From Candidatus Bathyarchaeota archaeon (lineage in GTDB: Archaea > Thermoproteota > Bathyarchaeia > Bathyarchaeales > Bathycorpusculaceae): DNA of 64,000 nt. Within the stretch, counting starts at the first letter, position 1. Each line of letters opens with the position of its first letter. The DNA is taken from assembly GCA_963725715.1 (NCBI GenBank), contig CAVRZF010000013.1, positions 24,586-88,585 of the forward strand, written 5' to 3'. The translations under genes and the position numbers were made by a program. The notes beneath the pieces were generated by a model. That model searched no databases. It was not told where the DNA came from and saw only the letters and a list, made by a program, of their open reading frames with translations. Positions 8,504 to 18,731 of the stretch are shown here, piece by piece.

Positions 8504-10153
8504 TTATGCCATGTTTGACAACAAGTTTTCTACGCCTTTCTTACAGTATATGTAGGATAGCGCCATTAGCACGCAACCCAGCACCACTGATATTGCAAAC
8601 ATTGGAAGAAGCTCTACCCCGAGAAAGGGAACTGCATCTCGAACGCCACCTGTCGATATGATATAAATTCCAACTGGAGCATAAATTGCAAGTGTCGCTA
8701 ATCCTGAGAAGGCAAATCCAACGATGAAGCCTGTTAACGTTAAGTATCGACTTCTGGCGCCAACGGTGAAATCAGGCCAACGTGAGCCAACCCCCAGACC
8801 AACAAAGCTGTTAGTAATCAAAGCCATCAATGCAACTGCGCAAATGGCTAGGGTATTGAACAGACCTAGTGGTGCGAAAACTTCAATTATTGTGATCACC
8901 GCAAAAGTTATGACCACGGATATTATCCAGGCTGGTGCCAATTTACCCTTGATCAAATCGTTTGCTTTAACAGGTAAACATAGCAAATGAGTTATCGAAA
9001 CGCCTTCCTGTCCAATGCACATTGAGGCAAACATCAAGGGTACGATAAACGGTATCATTGCTGCTAAAAAAAAGCCCGGACCTCTTCCAGCCATATCTCC
9101 TGGTGAAGCTAATACGGGTGCAAGGATTGAAACAGAAATCACTATTGGAATTGCTATGAACCTTGCAAGGTCCTTGCGTCTTGTAAGCGCCCTAAACTCC
9201 TTCAACGCTAACATTGAAGCAAATGAGTTAAAGCCAAAACCAGTTCCTTTAGAACCCTGCGGAACATACTCTGTTGATAAGCCGACTGAAATTAAAACAG
9301 GTACAGGAGACCAATACCGTTTTCTGAGTTGAGAAGATATCTCATACAACGCCAAAGTGAAAACGAACGCTAATATACCGTAAAGAACTGTTAAAACTAA
9401 ATCGTACCTGACTACGCTCACCACAGCGGCTGAGGACCAGACAAACGGCACCATCCACGCAAAATCAATCCCTGACACAACGCTACCAAGAACCCATTGA
9501 AGAACTGACGGTTGAAACGCAAGCTGCATAATAGCAAACAGGAAAACTAATGCAATCAATCTTACAGCCAATGTAACTCGTCCGCTCTTCTTGTAAGCAG
9601 ATGCGGACACACGGTTTACAATCGATTTCAGAAACTCAACTATAAAAGATCCCAGAAAAAGCGCCAATGCAGAAAGCAAAATAGCGGTTGGCCATATGTA
9701 AAACAGTCCAGACCACAGCGATAATGGTAGCGTAACGCCGGCAGCTAGGGCTAAAAATACGGAGTAAAGGGTGGATGTTGAAAGAGCGGATGCAGCAACG
9801 TACTCACGGGGGCTTACCGGCCACCAGTTCACAGCTTCACTCGACGAAATAATAGAGCCTTGCCCGAGTTCAAACATTAAACCAGAGATGATGACTGCGG
9901 ACGTCATAAGCAAAGGCAGACTAATCATTGTCTGGGTAACGAGAACTAATAGAATAGATTCAATATCAGCAGGCGGACGCAGAGTACCTAATACAACCTG
10001 CAACAATATGGCAGGAACCACAAACAAAGCAACATCTATAACTATCATCACCTTGGGATTTGCAAAAAATGATACAGAAGGCTTTCTACTGGAAGACCTA
10101 AAATAGGATTTGAAAAAAGCAGAGGCAAGAGAAAGGATTAAGTTGGCTCTCAC
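8504..10153 (-). CDS. ABC exporter permease (multi-pass, ABC-2-like)
   Basis: Many hydrophobic segments, KEFRALTRR and LPVKANDLIKGKL motifs; overlaps the ATPase stop codon. Confidence 0.8.
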   Translation of the reverse strand: MRANLILSLASAFFKSYFRSSSRKPSVSFFANPKVMIVIDVALFVVPAILLQVVLGTLRPPADIESILLVLVTQTMISLPLLMTSAVIISGLMFELGQGSIISSSEAVNWWPVSPREYVAASALSTSTLYSVFLALAAGVTLPLSLWSGLFYIWPTAILLSALALFLGSFIVEFLKSIVNRVSASAYKKSGRVTLAVRLIALVFLFAIMQLAFQPSVLQWVLGSVVSGIDFAWMVPFVWSSAAVVSVVRYDLVLTVLYGILAFVFTLALYEISSQLRKRYWSPVPVLISVGLSTEYVPQGSKGTGFGFNSFASMLALKEFRALTRRKDLARFIAIPIVISVSILAPVLASPGDMAGRGPGFFLAAMIPFIVPLMFASMCIGQEGVSITHLLCLPVKANDLIKGKLAPAWIISVVITFAVITIIEVFAPLGLFNTLAICAVALMALITNSFVGLGVGSRWPDFTVGARSRYLTLTGFIVGFAFSGLATLAIYAPVGIYIISTGGVRDAVPFLGVELLPMFAISVVLGCVLMALSYIYCKKGVENLLSNMA

Positions 10154-10962
10154 AGCTTTAAGGCCTCCACAACCGCTGCAGTATCCTCACTCCCTGTTAA
10201 TTTAAGGAAAACATCCTCAAGGGTTGAATCCTTGAGTCCAGCCATCGTTTTAATCTCCTGCGAGGTTCCTTCCGCGATTGTAGAGCCATTGCTAATAATG
10301 GTAATTTTACTGCATATAGCATCGGCAATTTCAAGAACATGAGTGCTAAAAAGGATTGAGACGCCCTCACCTGCAAGATGATGCAAAAGTTCCTTCACAA
10401 TCTTTGCCGATCTTGGATCCAAACCGTTCAAAGGCTCATCGAGAATAAGTACCCTTGGCTTGTGCATCAACGCTGAGATAAGCGCAATTTTCTGCCGCAT
10501 ACCCTGTGAGTAACCACTCATGATTTCGTTAATGTGCTTTTCCATCTGTAGAGCCTGAAGCAACTCACCAACACGCTTCTTACGCTCATTTCGATCCAGC
10601 CCATACGCAACTCCAACTAAATCCAAGTACTCTGCTGCAGAAAGATACTCGTACAAGAAAGGAGTTTCCGGCACATAACCTATCATTTTTCTAGCTTCAA
10701 CTGGATCTTTAGTGACATCGATATTGCAGACGCCAACTTTACCAGAGTCTGGTCTTAGTAGTCCGAGGATAATCTTCATGGTCGTGCTCTTGCCTGAACC
10801 GTTAGGGCCTAAGAGCCCTCTTATTTCACCTGGTTTCACTACAAGGCTAAGTCCCCTGACAGCGGCTAACGACCCGAAAGACTTGAAAACCCCCACCAAT
10901 TCTATGCGAAATGAATTTTTCGTGTTGTCATTTCGATGCTGAGTTTGATCGTTCAATTTCAA
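10150..10962 (-). CDS. ABC transporter ATP-binding protein
   Basis: GPNGSGKST Walker A, YSQGMRQK signature, ILDEP Walker B. Confidence 0.95.
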   Translation of the reverse strand: MKLNDQTQHRNDNTKNSFRIELVGVFKSFGSLAAVRGLSLVVKPGEIRGLLGPNGSGKSTTMKIILGLLRPDSGKVGVCNIDVTKDPVEARKMIGYVPETPFLYEYLSAAEYLDLVGVAYGLDRNERKKRVGELLQALQMEKHINEIMSGYSQGMRQKIALISALMHKPRVLILDEPLNGLDPRSAKIVKELLHHLAGEGVSILFSTHVLEIADAICSKITIISNGSTIAEGTSQEIKTMAGLKDSTLEDVFLKLTGSEDTAAVVEALKL

Positions 10963-11042
10963 CGCGCCTCCTACAAAATGTGCTTATATTATGATGGCAA
11001 GTTAAATTTTTTGGGAATATACTTGCAAGCGCTTGATTAAGA

Positions 11043-11268
11043 TTAGCGAAGTTGTGCCTTTTAGCACATCTTGGGCTGGCATGATCCCCTACCTGCCGTT
11101 CGCTTTCAATTCGGATTGGTCTTGCCATGATCTTGGATAGCCCAGCTCCCGACTGGAAGTACAATAAAATACAACCGCCAACGATAGTGGGCCCTTTATT
11201 GCAACCAGTTAGGGAATCCTCTATGAATTCGTCGGAGCCGAACCTTACGTGGCACAAATAAACACTAA
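11043..11268 (-). ncRNA. Candidate structured ncRNA (~230 nt) of unknown family
   Basis: Terminal stems UUAGUG/CGCUAA and UUGUGCC/GGCACAA; internal stems CCUAACUGG/CCAGUCGGG, UGCAAUAAAG/UUUUAUUGUA, GAAUUC/GGAUUC, UGGGCU/AGCCCA; G-U pairs favour the minus strand; TATA-like TTTTCAATA about 25 nt upstream. Confidence 0.55.
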
Positions 11269-11322
11269 GTTTCAACAAAACACCGTATTGAAAACCGTTA
11301 TTCTAAGCGTTTACAAGTAAAT

Positions 11323-11349
11323 GGGGGGTCAAATCCTTCCCCGGCGCCA
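11323..11349 (+). repeat. Direct repeat of tRNA-Ser 3' end (att-like site)
   Basis: GGGGGGTCAAATCCTTCCCCGGCGCCA; CCTTCCCCGGCGCCA (11335-11349) is identical to 8483-8497. Confidence 0.85.
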
Positions 11350-11367
11350 CAAAGCTTTGCCCTTTAC

Positions 11368-11750
11368 TTAATTAGTTTTGAGTTCTCCAAGCCTTTTTGT
11401 TAGCCAATCAAAAAGGAACTTTTTTTTCTTTGCTATGTGAAAAAGGACTTTGACGCCATCTCGTCTAACATGGTGAAAATACAGGTTAGGTTTATTACGC
11501 TGTCTTTAAGGGTACCTTCACCTTTGGTTAGCAGTATGCTTTTCATTTTCAGATTGCTATTTGGTTCTACTCCCAATACATTGTTCATTTCTCAAAAAGA
11601 ACCACCGCATGCCTGACTTGCACTTCAGCTGTGCCTCTAATTGCATGGTTGTAAGTTTAACATCGCCAAGTTTGGCTTTTTCCCAAGCCTTATCTTCCTC
11701 GTTATTCCATATTTCTTTTATTTTTGTCTCTGATTTTGTAAATAAAATTC
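11368..11750 (-). pseudogene. Decayed type II toxin-antitoxin pair: antitoxin C-terminus plus PemK/MazF-family toxin
   Basis: Fragments across frames: SETKIKEIWNNEEDKAWEK (antitoxin-type W-x-N-x-E-D-x-x-W tail), then LGDVKL, VQVRHAVVLFEK and MKSILLTKGEGTLKDSVINLTCIFT; interrupted by stops and frameshifts. Confidence 0.65.
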
Positions 11751-11759
11751 ATTTGTAGC

Positions 11760-13046
11760 CTAAAGGGAAGGTTGGATGTCGAATAATTTTGTGGCAACTT
11801 GGATTAGTTCCGTATCGTTGTTTGCGGCGGCTTTGCGGAAATTCTCGATAAGGGGCAAAAAAGTTTGTTTGAGCACGCTGTTGGTCAGGTTACCGATGAC
11901 CTTTTTGTGCCGCTCATCCAGCGACCCCATCATACCGAGGGCTTTACCAAGTTCTCTTTTGCGTCTCTCCTCAACCTGCGAGAGTAATTCGGAGACGATT
12001 TCTCGAACAGAATCGGTGTTGACAGCTCGTTCCAGTTCAATAAGCTCCTCGTCGACAATTTGGAAAGCTTCTTTCACGCTTTTCTGGCGTTCCTGCTTGT
12101 TCTGCTCAGCAATCGAAGTTAAATCATCAATGTTAAACAGTTCCACGCCTTGCAATTCAGTGATGATTGCCTCCACATTGCGAGGGTTTGAAATGTCAAT
12201 CACCAGAAGAGAGTTCCTGTTTTGACGTGACGGCAAAAGTTTAACGAGCAACTCTTTGGTCAGCAAGTAATGGGGAGCGGAAGTTGCGCATAACACCACG
12301 TCGGCGTCAACTAGCACCTCGTCTAACTTGTTGAATTTGACGGCTTTACCGCCTAACTCCTCGGCCAAGCGGAATGCACGTTCGTAGGTTCGGTTAGCGA
12401 TAAAAATCGGGCTCAGGCAGCGCCGTGCCATTGCCTTGGCAACTATGGTGGCGGTTTCCCCAGCGCCCATAACTAGGATTTTCTTTTCGTTAAGGTTTTC
12501 CAGCAAGTTTTCGGCGAGTTCCACAGCAGCTGACCCAACGGAAACCGCGCCCTTGTTAATACCTGTTTCACGTCGCACTCGCCTGCCAACGTTCACTGCA
12601 CGGTTAAACAGCATGCTAAGGACAGGCCCTGTAACTTTTGCTTTTTCAGCTTCGAGGTAGGCGTTCCAAACTTGGTTGATAACTTGGTCTTCTCCTATAA
12701 CCATGGATTCTAGTCCTGAAGCCACACGCAGCAGATGGCTTAGCGCTTTGCGGTTAACGGAGTACTCGATGGCTTTGTCCACTTCTGTGGTGTGGTCAGA
12801 TATGCGGTTTCCCAAATACTCTATGGCGGACTTGAGTGTTCGGTCCCCGTTTTCGCTTACAAAGAAAAGTTCAATGCGGTTGCACGTTTGGATAAGAACT
12901 GATTCTTGGGCGCCCTCTAGCGAACGCATTTCGGCGTATGCTGTTGCTTTGTCTCTGAAGGAGGCAGCTTCAAGAAGAGGCACATTCGCAGTTTTGTGAG
13001 TGATTCTTACGTTGACTATTTCGACGTTTCTAGGAGTCGAATGCAT
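11760..13046 (-). CDS. hemA: Glutamyl-tRNA reductase
   Basis: QTCNRIE, SGLESMVIGEDQV, GAGET, IANRT and DISNPRNVE motifs. Confidence 0.95.
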   Translation of the reverse strand: MHSTPRNVEIVNVRITHKTANVPLLEAASFRDKATAYAEMRSLEGAQESVLIQTCNRIELFFVSENGDRTLKSAIEYLGNRISDHTTEVDKAIEYSVNRKALSHLLRVASGLESMVIGEDQVINQVWNAYLEAEKAKVTGPVLSMLFNRAVNVGRRVRRETGINKGAVSVGSAAVELAENLLENLNEKKILVMGAGETATIVAKAMARRCLSPIFIANRTYERAFRLAEELGGKAVKFNKLDEVLVDADVVLCATSAPHYLLTKELLVKLLPSRQNRNSLLVIDISNPRNVEAIITELQGVELFNIDDLTSIAEQNKQERQKSVKEAFQIVDEELIELERAVNTDSVREIVSELLSQVEERRKRELGKALGMMGSLDERHKKVIGNLTNSVLKQTFLPLIENFRKAAANNDTELIQVATKLFDIQPSL

Positions 13047-13161
13047 GCTTAAACAAACCGCCCCACTCTAAATTTGGGAAAAGTAAACTGCATGACTTGC
13101 CTTGCGCCCATACATTTTCCTCATGAATGCATAACTTTTATTTTAGTCTAAAAGTATTATC

Positions 13162-13205
13162 GTCAAGAATCCTTGACTAAGAGTCAGTCAAACTTCCTTG
13201 ACTAA
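13162..13205. promoter_or_regulatory. Tandem palindromic operator-like sites GTCAA-N6-TTGAC between divergent hemA and NDT genes
   Basis: GTCAAGAATCCTTGAC (13162-13177) and GTCAAACTTCCTTGAC (13187-13202), 25 bp apart. Confidence 0.45.
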
Positions 13206-13357
13206 AAATTGCCGTGCAAAAACATCTTTTCAAGTCAGAAAACAAGCCTTGCTGTTGAGAATTTTGTCAGAACTGCCCCTTGTTGTTGCTCAAACTTATT
13301 TCGACCAAAAGCCTCATTTAATAGCTGTACAAACGCCTAACTATCGAGGCACCTATC

Positions 13358-13948
13358 TTGAGCGCCAGTCGTATTTACCTTGCAGGACCAGAAGTCTTTC
13401 TCAGCAATGCCAAAGAAATCGGAGAGAAGAAAAAAATGCTTTGCAGAAAGTATGGGTTTGAAGGCGTTTTCCCCATAGACATTGAGATAAACGCCGCGGG
13501 TAAAAGCCCGAGGGAACTTGGCTTGTGCATCAGTGAGATAAACGCTGGTTTGATTAAAAGTTGCCAGATAATAATTGCAAATATAACTCCTTTCCGCGGT
13601 CCAAGCGCTGATGTTGGAACTGTGTATGAGATGGGTTTTGCGCATGCATTGGGCAAGAGGGTGCTTGCCTTCACTAACGTCGCGATGCCCTTTACGGAGC
13701 GCACAATCAAAGCGTTAGGTAACCAAGTGAAACGCAGCCAAAACGGAAAACTGTGGGATGCCCAAGGCATGTTTATTGAAGAAAATGGGTTGATGGATAA
13801 TTTGATGATAGACGGCTGCATCAACGCAAACAGCAAATTCTTAGTGATCGAAGAAGCGCCAGCCGACCAGTTGTTCACTTATCTTGGTGGCTTCGAGAAG
13901 TGCCTCGGGGCTATTCAGCGAATGGCTAAGGCTAGTCTGACAGAATAA
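13358..13948 (+). CDS. Nucleoside 2-deoxyribosyltransferase family protein
   Basis: IYLAGPEVF, PFRGPSADVGTVYEMGFA and DNLMI motifs. Confidence 0.9.
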   Translation: MSASRIYLAGPEVFLSNAKEIGEKKKMLCRKYGFEGVFPIDIEINAAGKSPRELGLCISEINAGLIKSCQIIIANITPFRGPSADVGTVYEMGFAHALGKRVLAFTNVAMPFTERTIKALGNQVKRSQNGKLWDAQGMFIEENGLMDNLMIDGCINANSKFLVIEEAPADQLFTYLGGFEKCLGAIQRMAKASLTE

Positions 13949-14017
13949 TCAGCCAAATGCCCCCGCAGAGTGCTAATTTAGGTTAATTTTATATCTTAAC
14001 CATTGAATAATTTAACT

Positions 14018-14227
14018 ATGAGCGGATTGAGCCAAATGCAAAAAATTGCTGAAGGCATCAGTGACTTTGGTGATTTCAAAGCCGTTTTATTTAAAACGTC
14101 AAATGGTCGCCATTTTGTACGGTATGAAGCTTTGAAGGGTGCCGAGAAGCCACGGGTTGAGTGGCTTTCTGGGGATGACCATTTAGAGTGGCTTAGATGT
14201 TTAGATCATGAATCAACGATTGGATAA
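14018..14227 (+). CDS. Small hypothetical protein
   Basis: ORF preceded by a TATA-like TTTATAT; LFKTSNGRHFV pattern; no family recognised. Confidence 0.5.
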   Translation: MSGLSQMQKIAEGISDFGDFKAVLFKTSNGRHFVRYEALKGAEKPRVEWLSGDDHLEWLRCLDHESTIG

Positions 14228-14302
14228 AAAAAATTGACTTTTTGATTGAGGAAAAAGAGCGGCAAGGAAAACCGCGTTTACCTACAAAGTCTCAGATGTG
14301 CA

Positions 14303-16159
14303 CTATTCTGTCATGTAGCTGATGTCGTCCCATGGGTGCCTATAGAGGCCCTGCTTTAGCCGCTTTTGGTCTAAGAAGTGCCCTGTCATACCGATGGTTC
14401 TGCCCAGCACAAAGAGTCCATTTAACGCGCCCATCTGGATGCATTCGTCCGCTTCCTGCTTAGACAGCTCGCTTCTAAGCATATCAACGAAGCATATTCC
14501 GATGCAGCCGTCAACGTTAAGGATAAGGTTGTCTTTCTTGGCTGTTGTAAGCTTTTCGACTTCAAGTGCATAGTTCAAAAGCGGTGTGCTCTTAAAATGT
14601 TTTTTAGCGTAGTCCTTCATGATGGTGACTCGCATATCAGGATTATTAACGTTTTTGACGAGGTGCCCTATACCCTGAATGTTCTCACCTTTTTGCTTCA
14701 TTTCTTCAACGAACTCAACAGGGGTTAAGCCTCGGTCATAGGCGTTAGAGAACATTTGGGCAGCGCCGTCGATTGCCCCTCCGAAACGCGGACCGATGGT
14801 TAGCATGCCGCTTGCAACAGATGAAATCAGATCTTTGCCTGCACGGGCGGCGACGATAGTGTTGTGTGCGCCTGATACTGCGGGTCCATGATCAGCTGTG
14901 ACCATAATTGTCATCTCTATGAATTTAGTCGCATATGCTGGAAGCTGGCGTTTGAACCATAAAATGCTGAGTACTCCGCCTATGCCTATGTCTTGTTTGA
15001 AGATTTCTGATATTAGAATTTTGCCGTATTGGAGTTCCTCGCCTCGGTCGTCGGATATAGTGCAAACGAAGTTTGATGGTTTTCTGATCAGCCCTTCTTT
15101 GAGTGCTTTGGCGTAGTCCATTGGAACCTTTGGCACTGGAGACTCAGGCTTTGGCTTGATAACACCCTTCTTGACTAGGCTTTCGTATGTCTGTTTTATC
15201 TTCTGGTCATAATCATCGTATGAATTTGGCACTATGGCACCTGCATTTCGGAGAGCTGCATTCTTTGCGTCAGCAGTCTCTACATCACTACCTGCTTTTG
15301 CGCCTGCGTGACCGAATTGGACTTCGGTTTTGAAGGCTTTGGAGCAGGTGCCTGTAACCCAAATGACCAATGGTTTTGTTATTTTCTTGCTCTTGAGGGC
15401 TTCAGCGATGTCATATTCTCCTCTGCCTCCGACTTCACCTAAACACACCAACATTTTGATGTCAGGTATGTTCTCGAAACGAAGAAGGTGATCAAGTAGA
15501 GTTGAGCAGGGATAAGTGTCGCCACCGATGGCTATACCTTCATAAAGGCCATCAGTATTCCGTGAAATTATGTTGTAGGCTTCGTTACTTAAGCCGCCAG
15601 ATTTGGAAACGAAACCAACGGAGCCAGGTCGGTAGAGTTTTGATTCGATGATGTTTTCTATTGTTCCACCTGTGTTGCCAATTTTGAAGGCTCCTGCCTT
15701 TATACCTCCAACTGTGGCGGGTCCGATAATGACTTTGCCGAGGGCTTTCGCTTTAGCTGTTAAAAGTTTTGTTCGTCGTTCAGGAACGCCCTCAGCGATT
15801 ATAACTATAGTGTTTATTTGGGGTATAGCCAATGCTTCTTCAGTCGACGGTGCAGCAGAGCGAAAGGACGCGAAGTTTATGAGTACATCCACATGAGGAT
15901 GTATTTTGGCGGCTTTCTCAATGGTCTTGTAAACTGGAATTAGGATTTCTTTAGTTCCGAAGTAGAATTTGGCAAGGCTATCAGAGCCCGTTGGGTTGAC
16001 TATTGCAGCCACTGATGGCGTCTGGCGACCCGCTGCAAAGTCGAAATCGAGCATCCTTTGCGTTGCGGCGACTTGATTGTTATAGATGAATGCTTGAGTG
16101 TTACAGTCGAACAATTCGTATTTTAAGGGTCCCTTCTTGATTAAGTCTGCTTTTGCCAT
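14303..16159 (-). CDS. aclA: ATP citrate lyase, alpha (catalytic/CCL) subunit
   Basis: [16 protein letters not shown] (phospho-His), [19 protein letters not shown] and LILNVDG motifs. Confidence 0.93.
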   Translation of the reverse strand: MAKADLIKKGPLKYELFDCNTQAFIYNNQVAATQRMLDFDFAAGRQTPSVAAIVNPTGSDSLAKFYFGTKEILIPVYKTIEKAAKIHPHVDVLINFASFRSAAPSTEEALAIPQINTIVIIAEGVPERRTKLLTAKAKALGKVIIGPATVGGIKAGAFKIGNTGGTIENIIESKLYRPGSVGFVSKSGGLSNEAYNIISRNTDGLYEGIAIGGDTYPCSTLLDHLLRFENIPDIKMLVCLGEVGGRGEYDIAEALKSKKITKPLVIWVTGTCSKAFKTEVQFGHAGAKAGSDVETADAKNAALRNAGAIVPNSYDDYDQKIKQTYESLVKKGVIKPKPESPVPKVPMDYAKALKEGLIRKPSNFVCTISDDRGEELQYGKILISEIFKQDIGIGGVLSILWFKRQLPAYATKFIEMTIMVTADHGPAVSGAHNTIVAARAGKDLISSVASGMLTIGPRFGGAIDGAAQMFSNAYDRGLTPVEFVEEMKQKGENIQGIGHLVKNVNNPDMRVTIMKDYAKKHFKSTPLLNYALEVEKLTTAKKDNLILNVDGCIGICFVDMLRSELSKQEADECIQMGALNGLFVLGRTIGMTGHFLDQKRLKQGLYRHPWDDISYMTE

Positions 16160-16160
16160 C

Positions 16161-17474
16161 TTAGGCGCCTCCCTTTAGTGCCATGGAAACAATCTTGGTC
16201 ATGTGCGTTTCAGGTCCATAAACTTCAATTGGAACACCTAGCTTTTCGCCCAACGCCCGCATCTGCATTAGCCCTTCTTGGTAGTTAGGCCCTCCTCTGC
16301 GCACGTAAATCTGCACCTTGTTGTCCTGCAATGGTTTTTGGTATTCTTTGAGAGCACGGATTATCCCCTTGAAAGTTGCAGCTACGTCGGTGAAGTTGGC
16401 GATGCCTCCTCCGATTAGCAGGAACTTGCCCTTCGGGTTAGGCTTGCGCGTCATGAGGTCAAGGAGGGTTTTAGCGTAAAGGTAGGTGAATTCCTCGCTA
16501 GGGTCACCTGAGTACTCACCGTAGTTGGCTAATTCGTTCATGCAACCGAGGTCTGTTATGGTATCGGCGTAGATAACTGAGGCGCCTCCCCCTGCCACCA
16601 TCGTCCAAACTCTGCCTTCAGGATTGATTACCGTAAGTTTGAGGGATGCACCCGTTTTTGAGTCTAAATCGAGAATAAAAGACTCTTCTCTTGTAAGTGT
16701 GCGGCCAAACGGAACAGGGTACTCTATTTTGCCCCATTTTTCGCCACTTTCAAATTCAGCAGTGCTATCCAGCTTCGCTGCAAGGTCCACTGAAATTATT
16801 GAGCCCTTTGTGATTACGATGGGGTTTATTTCTAGGTACGTGAAGTTTAAGTCAGCGTAGAACTTGAACAGTGCCTCGATAAATCCTGCCGCTGTTTTTT
16901 TGCGGTCCGCAGATAGCTTTCCGAGAAGTTTCCTGTCTATTTCCTCAGCTGTTGGATAGGTACCTATTGGAATTTCTAGCCGTAATGCTTTGGCATCGAC
17001 ATCTCCGACATTTATCCCACCTTGATGGTAAAACATGATAGTGTCGCCATCTGCGGTTGCGGTTATGGCAAGATAACATTCATCCGTCTCTTTGTAATGT
17101 ACATAGGGTTTGATTATGAAGTGTGTAAGTTGCCCAACAGTTCCTTTGTCGACAGGTTTGCCGTTTGTGTCAAACTTGCCATAGATGGTTATGGGTGCTT
17201 TGGATTTTTCTTTTATCCATACTTTGGCTTGGTCGTAGTTTGCGTCGACAAGGACCAGCTTGTTTTTTCCTCGACGCTTTATCAGTTGGTCTGGTTTAAC
17301 TACCAACCTTTCCGTTTTTAGCCATGGATATTGACTGGACAGCTGCGACATGTCCGCGTCAATGGTTACGGTAACCACTTTATCAGATATTTCGAACTTT
17401 CCATTAGAGTAATCTTTTAGTAAGCGTGCGAGCATTCGCATGCCATCTGCTTCTCGGATCGCTTTATGCGCCAT
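16161..17474 (-). CDS. aclB: ATP citrate lyase, beta (ATP-grasp/citrate-binding) subunit
   Basis: [40 protein letters not shown] and RRGGPNY motifs. Confidence 0.93.
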   Translation of the reverse strand: MAHKAIREADGMRMLARLLKDYSNGKFEISDKVVTVTIDADMSQLSSQYPWLKTERLVVKPDQLIKRRGKNKLVLVDANYDQAKVWIKEKSKAPITIYGKFDTNGKPVDKGTVGQLTHFIIKPYVHYKETDECYLAITATADGDTIMFYHQGGINVGDVDAKALRLEIPIGTYPTAEEIDRKLLGKLSADRKKTAAGFIEALFKFYADLNFTYLEINPIVITKGSIISVDLAAKLDSTAEFESGEKWGKIEYPVPFGRTLTREESFILDLDSKTGASLKLTVINPEGRVWTMVAGGGASVIYADTITDLGCMNELANYGEYSGDPSEEFTYLYAKTLLDLMTRKPNPKGKFLLIGGGIANFTDVAATFKGIIRALKEYQKPLQDNKVQIYVRRGGPNYQEGLMQMRALGEKLGVPIEVYGPETHMTKIVSMALKGGA

Positions 17475-17502
17475 TTCTTCTTCCCCTTTTCTCACGCTTT
17501 TT

Positions 17503-18717
17503 CTACAGTTTTCCTTTTAGCGTTTTTGCTATTTCCGCTATGAATTGCTCAGTGTCCACTTGCCTATTTTTCGGGTTTGGCGTAGCTACAAGCATCAAAT
17601 CGCCAGTCATAGTGCCGTTTTCAACAGTATCCAAAGCCGCATCTTCCAGTTTCTTGGCAAACTCTACGACCTCTGGTGTCTTGTCCAACTCTCCTCTCTT
17701 TCGTAGGCAGCCGCTCCAAGCAAAAATTAACGCCATTGAGTTGCTCGAGGTTTTTTCGCCTTTGAGGTACTTGTAATAGTGTTTTTGCACGGTACCATGT
17801 GAAGCTTCAAACTCGTAGTAGCCCTGTGGGCTGACAAGAACTGAAGTCATCATCGCTAGGCTACCGTAGGCAGAACCGAGCATGTCGCTCATGACGTCGC
17901 CGTCATAGTTCTTGCATGCCCAAAGCAAGCCACCCTCAGTCTTCATTATGCGGGCAACTGCGTCATCGATAAGAGTAAAGAAATAATCGAGCCCTCCTTC
18001 CCTGAATTTACTCTCCCAGTTTTTCTTGTACTCTTCCTCGAAGATTTTTTTGAATTGAGCATCATAAGTTTTTGAAATTGTGTCTTTTGCGCCAAACCAA
18101 AGATGAATTTTCTGGTCGTAAGCGTAGGTGAAACATGCTTTTGCGAAACTTTCTATGGATTTGTCTGTGTTGTGAATCCCTTGAATAATGCCGGGTCCTT
18201 TGAAATCCTGAATTGTGCCACGCCAAAGTTCCTCGCCTGTAATATTAGTGAAGACCATCTCCGCTTTGCCTGCTTCAGGAACTCTGTATTCGCAGTTCTT
18301 GTAGACGTCTCCGTAAGCGTGTCTGCCAATGTGGATAGGTTTCTTCCAGGATCTCACTGACGGTGGAATATTATTGACTAAAATCGGCGCCCTAAAAACT
18401 GTGCCGTCAAGCGCTGCTCTGATGGTGCCGTTCGGACTACTCCATTCTTTTTTGAGGCTGTATTCTTTTACGCGGTCTTTGTTAGGTGTTATGGTGGCAC
18501 ATTTAACGCCGACGCCGAACTTTTTGATGGCTTCTGCTGCTTCCAGAGTAATTTTGTCATCGGTTTCATCTCGCTTCTTGAGTTGAAGATCATAGTACTC
18601 TAGTTTCATGTCGAGGTAGGGCAAAAGAAGCTGGTCTTTAACCATTTTCCACATGACTCTTGTCATTTCGTCGCCGTCGATCTCAACGATTGGTGTTTTT
18701 ACGGTAGTTTTGTTCAA
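17503..18717 (-). CDS. icd: NADP-dependent isocitrate dehydrogenase (type II, ~400 aa)
   Basis: DGDEMTR, KCATITP, SPNGTIR, KNYDGDV and EASHGTV motifs. Confidence 0.94.
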   Translation of the reverse strand: MNKTTVKTPIVEIDGDEMTRVMWKMVKDQLLLPYLDMKLEYYDLQLKKRDETDDKITLEAAEAIKKFGVGVKCATITPNKDRVKEYSLKKEWSSPNGTIRAALDGTVFRAPILVNNIPPSVRSWKKPIHIGRHAYGDVYKNCEYRVPEAGKAEMVFTNITGEELWRGTIQDFKGPGIIQGIHNTDKSIESFAKACFTYAYDQKIHLWFGAKDTISKTYDAQFKKIFEEEYKKNWESKFREGGLDYFFTLIDDAVARIMKTEGGLLWACKNYDGDVMSDMLGSAYGSLAMMTSVLVSPQGYYEFEASHGTVQKHYYKYLKGEKTSSNSMALIFAWSGCLRKRGELDKTPEVVEFAKKLEDAALDTVENGTMTGDLMLVATPNPKNRQVDTEQFIAEIAKTLKGKL

Positions 18718-18731
18718 CGCTGTTTCCTCCT

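Noticed and set aside
11043-11268. RNase P RNA, SRP RNA or cobalamin riboswitch identity for the structured RNA
   Set aside because: No GAGGAAAGUCC/P4 partner and no SRP helix-8 motif. AGGGAA on the plus strand is not followed by a proper P4-P6 and B12 box.
10928-11278. 116-aa ORF over the structured region
   Set aside because: No recognisable motifs and it overlaps the ABC ATPase start; base-pairing explains the sequence better.
14303-17474. ACL as proof of autotrophic reverse TCA
   Set aside because: Other diagnostic rTCA enzymes are not in this window, and ACL is reversible.
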